Virus record (IMG/VR): IMGVR_UViG_3300032324_001029
Coordinates: 1-26,537 of that record
DNA length: 26,537 nt
Strand: one strand, 5' to 3'
Source of the DNA: a virus
Lineage: Duplodnaviria > Caudoviricetes
Below the pieces are notes generated by a model. The model searched no databases, was not told the DNA's origin, and saw nothing but the letters and a program-made list of their open reading frames with translations. The position numbers were made by a program, and so were the translations under genes. This document shows, one piece after another, positions 18,172 to 25,730 of this stretch (position 1 is the first letter of the stretch; every line of letters begins with the position of its first letter).

Positions 18172-18363
18172 ATGCCAAACGATACATTACAATATTTATC
18201 AGATAAAACTGAACACGATTTGTTGGTGATTCTTGAGGGCTTTAAAATGCTCTTGGCTGACGCAGATTTGTTTGATATGCTTGCTGAAAAATTAGATTTG
18301 TCTGACGATGTTCTTGTAGAAATCCGTGAAGATGTTAGCAAGTTTATGGCAGACGTGGTATAA
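18172..18363 (+). CDS. Hypothetical acidic protein
   Basis: 63 aa, GAGG RBS, TTGACA..TATATT promoter upstream. Confidence 0.7.
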   Translation: MPNDTLQYLSDKTEHDLLVILEGFKMLLADADLFDMLAEKLDLSDDVLVEIREDVSKFMADVV

Positions 18364-18374
18364 TTTATTTATAA

Positions 18375-18460
18375 GGATAAGTAGCCAAGTGGTTTACGGC
18401 GATTGTCTTGAAAACAATTGAGGTCTAAAGCCTCCGGAGGTTCGAATCCTCTCTTATCCT
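18375..18460 (+). tRNA. tRNA-Ser(TGA)
   Basis: GGATAAG/CTTATCC, ATTGT-CTTGAAA-ACAAT, long variable arm GAGG..CCTC, GGAGG-TTCGAAT-CCTCT. Confidence 0.92.
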
Positions 18461-18477
18461 CTCCTTTTTTAAACACT

Positions 18478-18771
18478 ATGACACAAATACAAGCAAATAA
18501 AATAAAAAGTAAAGTAGAAGCGTTCAATGAATTGTATGCTCCAATTACTTTGCGCTTCCAGATGTTTAGTACAAGTGAAACTAATTGGGCTGTTTCTATA
18601 ACTTACAATTACACACCAGAAGAATGGATGACATTTGTAAGTTTGGATTCTAACTACAATCATGTTAACGATAGACTTTCTGGATTTCAATTTGGTCTTG
18701 AAGCAGTAGAAGCATTTCAAGAAGAAAATGGTAACTTAAAGTTTTCTCACTCTGACGTGCCTTTGGGGTAG
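18478..18771 (+). CDS. Hypothetical protein
   Basis: ATG 18478 lies just after tRNA-Ser; the track start is inside the tRNA. Confidence 0.7.
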   Translation: MTQIQANKIKSKVEAFNELYAPITLRFQMFSTSETNWAVSITYNYTPEEWMTFVSLDSNYNHVNDRLSGFQFGLEAVEAFQEENGNLKFSHSDVPLG

Positions 18772-18855
18772 GATAAAACCTATACAGAGTGAGTTTCAAC
18801 CCTGAACAGTTTAGTAGTGTTTTCTGTTCAGGGTTTTTTATTTGTTTTATTCCAT

Positions 18856-18879
18856 TAGGGATTTACTTGTAAATCCCTA
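18856..18879. repeat. 24-bp palindrome copy 7 (divergent, fully compensated)
   Basis: TAGGGATTTAC-TT-GTAAATCCCTA. Confidence 0.9.
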
Positions 18880-19014
18880 CAAAAAATATTCAAAAAAAAT
18901 GTCAAATATTTCTAAATCTTTGAAATAGACTTGATATCTAATATGATATATGCTATATTAGTAATGAAGGTTCATAGTGAACTTTCAAAGACAACTTTCA
19001 GAGAAAGAAGCCAA

Positions 19015-19515
19015 ATGTCTAAGTATTACTGTTTCGCCGATGCAAAGAAGTCCATTGCAAGCAAGGGACTCACCTCACGTCTTGAGTACGTCAAGTACCT
19101 CCGCCAGAACAACATCACTCACCTTCCTGTAACTCCAGATACCACATACTGGGGACGTGGTTGGAAGGGTTATGCAGACTTTCTCAACTGCCCTGTAGAA
19201 GTGTACAAGGCAAAGATTGCTGAGAATCGTCGTAAGAAGAACATTCTCACGCAAGATGTCAACTTTGCTCCAGTTGTTCCTGTTGTTCCAGTCGCCCAAC
19301 CAGTAGAGTCTTCATTGAATGCAGACAAGGTTATTGCCTTCCTCATTGAAGAGAAGATTGACCCTCATTGTATCATTAGGATGATTGCAAAACTCAACAT
19401 CACTGATGCCACTTGCTTTGTTGATGTGTGCCGATACTTGGAATCAAGCAAGTATGATAGAGCATTGAAGCCATCGGCTTACAATACACTGAAACCAGAA
19501 TTCAGGAATCTGTAA
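19015..19515 (+). CDS. Protein with an integrase-repeat-unit-like N-terminal motif, putative DNA-binding protein
   Basis: F-DAKK...GLTSRLEY...LPVTPDTTY-GRGWKGYADFL resembles the 'integrase repeat unit' (LP..P...Y...W.GW.DFLG). Followed by a Pro/Val linker and a helical C-terminus. Confidence 0.55.
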   Translation: MSKYYCFADAKKSIASKGLTSRLEYVKYLRQNNITHLPVTPDTTYWGRGWKGYADFLNCPVEVYKAKIAENRRKKNILTQDVNFAPVVPVVPVAQPVESSLNADKVIAFLIEEKIDPHCIIRMIAKLNITDATCFVDVCRYLESSKYDRALKPSAYNTLKPEFRNL

Positions 19516-19520
19516 GCAAG

Positions 19521-19581
19521 AGGTGGAGAAATCCACCTCTCTAATTCTTGAAAAAAGGTGGAGAAATCCACCTTTTTTTTT
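19521..19581 (+). terminator. Tandemly duplicated terminator hairpin
   Basis: AGGTGGAGAAATCCACCT at 19521 and 19556; the second copy has a long T-tract. Confidence 0.8.
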
Positions 19582-19606
19582 GCCAATTATCTTTGAGCTC
19601 TGAAAG

Positions 19607-19630
19607 TAGGGTAAAAACATTTTTACCCTA
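19607..19630. repeat. 24-bp palindrome copy 8 (most divergent, fully compensated)
   Basis: TAGGGTAAAAA-CA-TTTTTACCCTA directly abutting TTGACA-17-TAAAAT. Confidence 0.85.
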
Positions 19631-19705
19631 TTGACAAGACAGCAGAAAGTCTATAAAATACTTTGGCGCGTAAATTATGTGCTAAATTATCTTTAGGATA
19701 ACAAT

Positions 19706-19921
19706 ATGAAAAAGATCCCTATTTCAAATTTCCGCAAGAAGTTTGATGACAAGAGTTTCCAGGTAGTAAAGAGTACTATCAACAAAGGATATGAGCAATC
19801 TCCGCGTAATAACTGTATGGTTAATATTGCAAAGATTTCAGAAGAGATTCAGGATGCAGAAGTAAAGAAAAAGTTTAGGTCTTGGGCCTGTGGATATGAT
19901 TTTGCAGTATTAGATGTTTAG
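19706..19921 (+). CDS. Hypothetical basic protein
   Basis: 71 aa, AGGA RBS, own promoter. Confidence 0.6.
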   Translation: MKKIPISNFRKKFDDKSFQVVKSTINKGYEQSPRNNCMVNIAKISEEIQDAEVKKKFRSWACGYDFAVLDV

Positions 19922-20158
19922 AGCTGCAGGAAAATCATATTGATAAATTGAAAGATTTATTGTTTGGCATTCATGGATTTTATAAGATATCATTTGTTGA
20001 ATAAAGCAAAAAGGATTACTTATACTAAACCGGGCATTGATGAACTTATTTTTATATCATTTGTCAAGAAGCAAGCAAATTCAGAATCCCCTTCTTTTAA
20101 GAGGGGGATTTTTTCTTTTAATTCTTGCGAACTATAACGGTTATGATATACTAGCCTT

Positions 20159-20659
20159 ATGGGAAACTTGAATAAAAGCAACACTATTGCTTATGACTTG
20201 AAGAACGAAGTCTCTTCCTGTCTTGGAACATCATTCTTTGGTAACTTTTACATATTCAATGGTAAGAAGTATCCTGTCAAATTGATTTCTGTTGGAGTGA
20301 ATTCCGACACTATCAATCAGATGTCTGTCATTGATTTGAAGTTCCATATCATTGGTAAGCAAACAGCAAACGGATTCGAGTATGTAATCCTTGACCCTTA
20401 TCAATGTAGCAATGTGGCTATAAATGCCAACGCTCAACACAAGGGATTAGTGATTGAGAACTTTACTGCTAACTACAATACTTTGTCATCTCAAGTTAAG
20501 TTTAATAACTCTAACTTGAAGATTGCATTAGACACCAAGATACTGTTCTGGGAGAAGAGTAGTAAACGAAAATCTCTTGAGACTTTTGTAAATTCTTGGA
20601 CTCAATGGCGTGTTGATTCTAATAAAGAGAGCATTTCCAACTTGAGAGCAATCATATAG
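20159..20659 (+). CDS. Hypothetical protein (probably leaderless)
   Basis: 166 aa; TTGCGA..TATACT ends 6 nt before the ATG. Confidence 0.75.
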   Translation: MGNLNKSNTIAYDLKNEVSSCLGTSFFGNFYIFNGKKYPVKLISVGVNSDTINQMSVIDLKFHIIGKQTANGFEYVILDPYQCSNVAINANAQHKGLVIENFTANYNTLSSQVKFNNSNLKIALDTKILFWEKSSKRKSLETFVNSWTQWRVDSNKESISNLRAII

Positions 20660-20922
20660 TGGGAAACAGTTTCAATATAAGAAAATCTTTTGCTAGATTA
20701 ATCTATTATATTGAACAACTTGAAAATGGTAAAGATAAGTCTGCCATCCTTAAAGAGTTAGATTTTTCTAATGATGAATGGCAGACTCTCACCAAATCCT
20801 TACTACTATTTTCAAATTCAAAAAATAATGATTGGCATATTTCATCCTTGATTGAAATGAAACTGCCAATAGAGATAGCTGAGATTATTTCTGATAAATC
20901 AGAAAATAAATTTACATTCTAA
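20659..20922 (+). CDS. Hypothetical protein
   Basis: 87 aa, GTG start overlapping the previous stop. Confidence 0.6.
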   Translation: MGNSFNIRKSFARLIYYIEQLENGKDKSAILKELDFSNDEWQTLTKSLLLFSNSKNNDWHISSLIEMKLPIEIAEIISDKSENKFTF

Positions 20923-20925
20923 TCT

Positions 20926-20949
20926 TAGGGATGATATTTATCATCCCTA
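20926..20949. repeat. 24-bp palindrome copy 9 (variant)
   Basis: TAGGGATGATA-TT-TATCATCCCTA; symmetry extends over 20921-20954. Confidence 0.95.
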
Positions 20950-21012
20950 AGATTATCTTTCAAATATTTTTAACTTGTGAAACTCTTTGCAAAACGATAT
21001 ACTATTACTGTT

Positions 21013-21453
21013 ATGATTATATCTTTCGAAGCATCTGCAAATGTTGATACAACACTATTTGGTTATTTCTCTATGGAATATGACCCTGAGCTATTTAGTG
21101 ATATTAAGGAGAATCTTACTGAAATATCCAAAAATGAGCCACTATCTTTTAAACTTGACACCAATGATGTGAAATTGCTACAAGGTGCATTTCATAATAT
21201 CCGTAGAATTATCTGCATTCCAGATATTGAGCAGAACAAATTCACTGATGTACTAAAGCGAGAGTTTGATACTAGTACATTTAAGAAATTCAAACAATGT
21301 AAGTTGCATATTGACAAAGATTACTTTTACTTTACTGGCAATTATGAAACAGGCAATAATCCAATCGAATTTCAATCGTTGAACTTTGACACTAGGTTTA
21401 TTGAATCTTTAGAATATAAATACAAAAAGCATCAAGAAAGCGTGGTAAACTAA
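21013..21453 (+). CDS. Hypothetical protein
   Basis: ATG 21013 after TTGTGA-17-TATACT. Confidence 0.7.
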   Translation: MIISFEASANVDTTLFGYFSMEYDPELFSDIKENLTEISKNEPLSFKLDTNDVKLLQGAFHNIRRIICIPDIEQNKFTDVLKREFDTSTFKKFKQCKLHIDKDYFYFTGNYETGNNPIEFQSLNFDTRFIESLEYKYKKHQESVVN

Positions 21454-21456
21454 ACT

Positions 21457-21798
21457 ATGGATTCAACAACTTGGATTTTCTTTTCCAAAACAGGGACAGG
21501 ATATGAACTTAAAGGTTCTGATGTAGTGTCTGGATTTGATGCATTTATCAATTCAGATAAAACATATATGATTGAATATGCTTACTCTGATATTAAAGAA
21601 TCTATGCATTTCTTTATCTACGAGTGGGATAACTCTCAGAAGAAGCGCAGAACAATCTTTGAAGGTTTGCAGAGAGAAATTGTTTTGCTCTCATTTGTAA
21701 AGAATGTAAACGTCACACACAATATGCGACAAGAAGTATTTAAACAATATTACAATACTGATGAAGAATTGGAGTTAGAAAAAAATGCAAACTCGTGA
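21457..21798 (+). CDS. Hypothetical protein
   Basis: 113-aa ORF in operon. Confidence 0.7.
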   Translation: MDSTTWIFFSKTGTGYELKGSDVVSGFDAFINSDKTYMIEYAYSDIKESMHFFIYEWDNSQKKRRTIFEGLQREIVLLSFVKNVNVTHNMRQEVFKQYYNTDEELELEKNANS

Positions 21799-22288
21799 GC
21801 AGAAATTACTTTATTTAAAGAAGACCATTGAAACATTGTGGCATGGTGTTTCTGATACTAAAGAAGGCGACTATCCACGTATAATCTCACTTTATAAAGA
21901 AGTGTTAATGTATGATTACCACGATGCTGATTCTTGGGAAAATATGATTTGGCTTATGTGGAGTATGGCAGTTAATAAGAAAGATACAGTTTGGTTATTC
22001 CAAGCAGAGAAATTTGCCAAGCGATATCTTTCACTAAACCCAAATGGTTATCGTGCTTATGAATACGTAGGTCAATTCTATCGTATTATGTATATTGATG
22101 AAAAATTGGCAATAAGATATTATGAATCTGCAATTAGATGGAAAGATGCTCCAGAAAGCACTCATCATTCTCTTATTAGTTTGTGCAGTAAACTTAATGA
22201 TAAACGTATGGCGATAGGATACTGCAAAATGACGTTAGCAAAGTTTCCAAATGATGTTTGGACAAAATCGAAACTTAAGACATTATAA
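21785..22288 (+). CDS. TPR-like repeat protein
   Basis: YLSLNPNGYRAYEYVGQFY...AIRYYESAI...AIGYCKMTLAKFPND matches the tetratricopeptide consensus. Confidence 0.75.
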   Translation: MQTREQKLLYLKKTIETLWHGVSDTKEGDYPRIISLYKEVLMYDYHDADSWENMIWLMWSMAVNKKDTVWLFQAEKFAKRYLSLNPNGYRAYEYVGQFYRIMYIDEKLAIRYYESAIRWKDAPESTHHSLISLCSKLNDKRMAIGYCKMTLAKFPNDVWTKSKLKTL

Positions 22289-22289
22289 T

Positions 22290-22556
22290 ATGGATGATTT
22301 GCCTGAGCTTATTTTAAATGCTTTGCCTTTTGATAATCATTTATTGAAAATCAAAATATGCGAGCAGATAGGTTTCAGGCTTATCTTTCCCAACGAGTCA
22401 CAATGTGTAGTTTGGACTGATGGGAATAAATATCATGCACAAGTGGAATATTTTGGCATCATAAAGATAGTTAGATTAGAACAAGCTGATGGCGATTATC
22501 TATATCAAAAATTTATGGATCATTGCAATCAAGAATTTATTATAGAATACGTTTAG
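22290..22556 (+). CDS. Hypothetical protein
   Basis: ATG 22290 follows the previous stop; its own TAG stop is the first 3 nt of palindrome copy 10. Confidence 0.65.
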   Translation: MDDLPELILNALPFDNHLLKIKICEQIGFRLIFPNESQCVVWTDGNKYHAQVEYFGIIKIVRLEQADGDYLYQKFMDHCNQEFIIEYV

Positions 22557-22577
22557 GGATGGTACATACCATCCCTA
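22554..22577. repeat. 24-bp palindrome copy 10
   Basis: TAGGGATGGTA-CA-TACCATCCCTA; TTGCAC follows after 28 nt. Confidence 0.95.
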
Positions 22578-22653
22578 AAAAAATATATCAAATTTATTTA
22601 TTTCCTTGCACACTATATAACATCTGATATAATATTTTCGTAAGGAGATAGTT

Positions 22654-22965
22654 ATGGAACTTTCGATTCGTGGTATTGTAACATCCAATTTTCTACTTGA
22701 AATTGATGAAGACGTTTTTAATGAGGCTTGTGAGTTTCTTGAATTTGAACCATCACAGTTCAAGAAGTTTACGCCTGAACAATGGCAGGAACTTCGTAGT
22801 GTCTTGATTGACAAGACATATGACTTGGAATGCAATATCGATTATCAAGAAATTCACGATGACCACTCTGTTTCAGTTGATGAAGTTCATATTAGTGATA
22901 GTGATAATATGACAGTTGTACTGTATGATAAAGATGGCAAAACCCATTCAATCGATATAGAGTAA
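22654..22965 (+). CDS. Hypothetical acidic protein
   Basis: 103 aa, TAAGGAG RBS. Confidence 0.75.
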   Translation: MELSIRGIVTSNFLLEIDEDVFNEACEFLEFEPSQFKKFTPEQWQELRSVLIDKTYDLECNIDYQEIHDDHSVSVDEVHISDSDNMTVVLYDKDGKTHSIDIE

Positions 22966-22979
22966 GAAAGGATGGAGGG

Positions 22980-23174
22980 ATGAAAATCCCTCCAAGCTCC
23001 AATATGTTATTAAGTGATTACCCTATCGTTATTTGGACAATTGTAAAGAAGAATAACAACTACATCCTTCTTGACTCTTGTGGTATAGAAGTATTCCGTA
23101 GAAAAGAAAATCGTAAAAAAGAAATATACCAATATTGTGAAGATAATGGCATTGATGTTCAAGAAGAGTTTTAA
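22980..23174 (+). CDS. Hypothetical protein
   Basis: 64 aa, GGAGG RBS, terminator-like palindrome at 23181-23200. Confidence 0.6.
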   Translation: MKIPPSSNMLLSDYPIVIWTIVKKNNNYILLDSCGIEVFRRKENRKKEIYQYCEDNGIDVQEEF

Positions 23175-23209
23175 CTACAATCCCAAGAATATTCTTGGGA
23201 TTTATCTTT

Positions 23210-23233
23210 TAGGGATGGTAAATACCATCCCTA
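23210..23233. repeat. 24-bp palindrome copy 11
   Basis: TAGGGATGGTA-AA-TACCATCCCTA; TTGTTA follows after 28 nt. Confidence 0.95.
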
Positions 23234-23296
23234 AAATAATGTGTCAAATAAATATTTTTTCTTGTTATTTCTATATAACTACGATAATATACAAGT

Positions 23297-23554
23297 ATGG
23301 ATAAGCACATTACAATCTGCCGTCATCTTGACGTATGCGGAACAACCACTTATTATGTAATTGAGAAGAGCAAGAATTCTTCCAGCATTCTTTGGACTGG
23401 AAACAACAAACAAGCGGCTTATCAAGTTGCTTATCGTAACTCACGTAAACTTTCCCTTCCACTGTATGACACGGTTTATCGTCCAGAAATCGACAAGAAT
23501 GGTGTCAAGCATATCATTCCTGTTGGCAATGAACTATTAGAAGCAACTAATTAA
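23297..23554 (+). CDS. Hypothetical protein (probably leaderless)
   Basis: 85 aa; TAATAT lies 6 nt before the ATG; terminator AAAACAAGCCC-GAAA-GGGCTTGTTTT follows. Confidence 0.75.
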   Translation: MDKHITICRHLDVCGTTTYYVIEKSKNSSSILWTGNNKQAAYQVAYRNSRKLSLPLYDTVYRPEIDKNGVKHIIPVGNELLEATN

Positions 23555-23610
23555 AACAAGCCCGAAAGGGCTTGTTTTATATAATGTATGATATAATTAG
23601 GTATCGAACA

Positions 23611-23727
23611 ATGAAGTGGATTTATCTAATGTTAACAATCGCTATTTTGCCCCTTGCTATCATCGCTTGTGTATTCTTTACAATTGCTTCTGCAATTGGT
23701 AAGTATGTAAACGATAATCACAAATAA
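23611..23727 (+). CDS. 38-aa single-pass membrane peptide (not in ORF track)
   Basis: MKWIYLMLTIAILPLAIIACVFFTIASAIGKYVNDNHK; own TGA-TATAAT promoter and downstream terminator. Confidence 0.6.
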   Translation: MKWIYLMLTIAILPLAIIACVFFTIASAIGKYVNDNHK

Positions 23728-23772
23728 AGCTGTATTAAAAAAGTCCTAAGAATATTCTTGGGACTTTTATTT

Positions 23773-23796
23773 TAGGGATGGTAAAGACCATCCCTA
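23773..23796. repeat. 24-bp palindrome copy 12
   Basis: TAGGGATGGT-AAAG-ACCATCCCTA between convergent genes, with no promoter following. Confidence 0.95.
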
Positions 23797-23798
23797 TT

Positions 23799-24035
23799 TT
23801 ATTTTCTCAACTTTTTCTTTTCTGGCTTTACACAATTTAATGCCACAGCTTGTCCGCCTACTTTGATTTCATTAGGTAGTGGATTTTCTTTAATCATTAC
23901 TGTCATTTTGCAGTCTTTACATTCAAGGGCATAGCAATCATTCCCCAAGACAAGCCAGTTTTTAACATCATGCCCACGAGAGAGAACAGTATTTTTTGTC
24001 TCTTCCATCAAACCGAGTATGCTCAATATTCCCAT
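23799..24035 (-). CDS. Hypothetical small protein with H...CxxC...C (possible Zn binding)
   Basis: 78 aa on the minus strand; TGA-TATACT lies 6 nt before the ATG. Confidence 0.7.
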   Translation of the reverse strand: MGILSILGLMEETKNTVLSRGHDVKNWLVLGNDCYALECKDCKMTVMIKENPLPNEIKVGGQAVALNCVKPEKKKLRK

Positions 24036-24097
24036 AGCGTTAGTATATCAGAAAAATAATACTTGCACACATATGTTATATTTGGTATATTAGTCAT

Positions 24098-24361
24098 ATG
24101 AGAACAGTACTTTGGAACAACACAGAGCGATGGTTCAATCATCATCATTATGAACTATTGATAGAGGATGTCACTGGTTTTGACCTGAAGAAAAGCCTGT
24201 GTGAAGAATCTGTCAAGTATATGGCTAAAAGATTATCAGAGACTAAATATCAAAGGCGTTTTAAGACATTGTATACCATTTATGAAAATGAATACAATGC
24301 ACTGGTAGAAAAATTCAACAATCAAGCAGAGAACAATGGAAAGATAGAGGTTGAGAGATGA
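24098..24361 (+). CDS. Hypothetical protein (probably leaderless)
   Basis: 87 aa; TTGCAC-17-TATATT ends 6 nt before the ATG. Confidence 0.75.
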   Translation: MRTVLWNNTERWFNHHHYELLIEDVTGFDLKKSLCEESVKYMAKRLSETKYQRRFKTLYTIYENEYNALVEKFNNQAENNGKIEVER

Positions 24362-24525
24362 AAAAATTCAAGAAGTTCATTGAGGAGTTGGTTATAGCAT
24401 CAGGTACAGAAATGATGCGAGCTAGTCAGATGCGTCCAAGTACTTTTAAGGATAAGTCAAAGTACACAAGAAAAACCAAGCACAAGAATCGTCAGGATAA
24501 AAACTCTGACGATTCTTTTATTTGA
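24358..24525 (+). CDS. 55-aa basic protein, ArfA/BrfA-like ribosome rescue factor candidate (not in ORF track)
   Basis: MKKFKKFIEELVIASGTEMMRASQMRPSTFKDKSKYTRKTKHKNRQDKNSDDSFI; ATGA coupling, GAGG RBS, terminator hairpin inside the last codons. Confidence 0.6.
   Translation: MKKFKKFIEELVIASGTEMMRASQMRPSTFKDKSKYTRKTKHKNRQDKNSDDSFI
24484..24523 (+). terminator. Intragenic terminator/RNase III-like hairpin upstream of the stop codon
   Basis: AAGAATCGTCAG (24484-24495) / CTGACGATTCTT (24506-24517), then TTATTT; the TGA is at 24523-24525. Confidence 0.7.
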
Positions 24526-24535
24526 ATTTTGATCA

Positions 24536-24559
24536 TAGGGATGGTACTTACCATCCCTA
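24536..24559. repeat. 24-bp palindrome copy 13
   Basis: TAGGGATGGTA-CT-TACCATCCCTA; TTGACA-17-TATATT follows after 28 nt. Confidence 0.95.
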
Positions 24560-24635
24560 AAAAAATATATCAAATATATTTATTTACTTGACACATCATA
24601 CAATATTTGATATATTACTATCAGAAGGAGTAGTA

Positions 24636-24908
24636 ATGAGAACTGCAAGAAATTCGGATAGGCTTCGTGAGATTTTAGTCTCGACTCGTCAACAGATTGT
24701 ATCTCTTAAGGATATACAAATGGACATTTTGCGTCATGATAGCAAGGTAGCAAATCAAGTCGCAACCCAAATATCTGCACTGGAAGAAGTTTACAAGCAT
24801 CAACTATCATTGGTTAAGATGACAGAAGATATTGAACCAAAACGAGATGGATGGTTCTCTGGTCACTTCAAAACCAAAGAAGATAGACTAGCCAACATTA
24901 TGGATTAA
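24636..24908 (+). CDS. Hypothetical coiled-coil protein
   Basis: ATG 24636 with AAGGAG RBS; terminator at 24914-24938. Confidence 0.75.
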   Translation: MRTARNSDRLREILVSTRQQIVSLKDIQMDILRHDSKVANQVATQISALEEVYKHQLSLVKMTEDIEPKRDGWFSGHFKTKEDRLANIMD

Positions 24909-24951
24909 AACTAAGCCCCTGAAATATGGGGCTTTTTTGTTGAGGAAAATT

Positions 24952-25101
24952 ATGATTAAGAAAATATTGGCAAAATGTTGTTTTTGTTCTGTAAGCTTAG
25001 ATGTTTACGAAGTCACTAATTGGCACTCTGATAACAATAAAACAAACTACTTTTGTTGCAAAGATTGTTATATTAAAAAAATAAATGACCGAAAAACTTG
25101 A
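24952..25101 (+). CDS. 49-aa Cys-rich Zn-finger miniprotein (not in ORF track)
   Basis: MIKKILAKCCFCSVSLDVYEVTNWHSDNNKTNYFCCKDCYIKKINDRKT; GAGG RBS. Confidence 0.6.
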   Translation: MIKKILAKCCFCSVSLDVYEVTNWHSDNNKTNYFCCKDCYIKKINDRKT

Positions 25102-25142
25102 CATACTATATACAATTTGGTATATTTAATGTGGAGATAGTT

Positions 25143-25298
25143 ATGAAAAACAAGTATGGTAAACAGTGTTGTTATTGTGGTTGTTATGTAAGCGCAGGTG
25201 AAGGCAGGTGTTGGAGATGGGAAGAAACCAACAGATGGTATGTAGCCTGTGAAGATTGTTTCCAAGAGAAAAAAGAAGAGCGCAAGAATCAAGGATAA
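25143..25298 (+). CDS. 51-aa Cys-rich Zn-finger miniprotein
   Basis: MKNKYGKQCCYCGCYV-AGEG...ACEDC; GGAG RBS, own TTGACA promoter, terminator at 25303-25330. Confidence 0.7.
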   Translation: MKNKYGKQCCYCGCYVSAGEGRCWRWEETNRWYVACEDCFQEKKEERKNQG

Positions 25299-25342
25299 AA
25301 GTAAAAGGGGACATCAGCTCCCCTTTTTTTGCGTCTTATGAT

Positions 25343-25366
25343 TAGGGATGGTAAGTACCATCCCTA
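25343..25366. repeat. 24-bp palindrome copy 14
   Basis: TAGGGATGGTA-AG-TACCATCCCTA; TTGACA follows after 28 nt. Confidence 0.95.
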
Positions 25367-25440
25367 AAAAAATATATCAAATATTTTTATTTTATTGACA
25401 GGTATATCTATTATGATATAATGCAATCAGAGGTTCACAA

Positions 25441-25695
25441 ATGACGCTTTATAGAGTAGTAATTGGTGCAGATTGGCGTAATACTAAAACGCTTGCTAAT
25501 TGCACAACATTAACACAAGCAAAAGAAAACGCAAAGAAATACGCTCTTGAAGGCTGGTACTTTGCTATTTATAAAGCCACTGATGAAAATCCATTGGGTG
25601 ACTTAGTTGGACGTTGGACATATTCAGGTGGAAGAGTAAAGAAATTTTATATGCCCGGTGAAAGAAGCGAGAAGAAAAAAAATATGTGGGCATAG
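25441..25695 (+). CDS. Hypothetical basic protein
   Basis: 84 aa, GAGGT RBS. Confidence 0.7.
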   Translation: MTLYRVVIGADWRNTKTLANCTTLTQAKENAKKYALEGWYFAIYKATDENPLGDLVGRWTYSGGRVKKFYMPGERSEKKKNMWA

Positions 25696-25730
25696 TAGTT
25701 TGGTGATAAAATATAATCAAGGAGATATAA

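Noticed and set aside
18418-18477. Track start extensions (also 5472, 11052, 18931, 20977, 24588, 25098)
   Set aside because: They begin in tRNA or at promoter -35 TTG/GTG sequences; downstream ATGs are more plausible.
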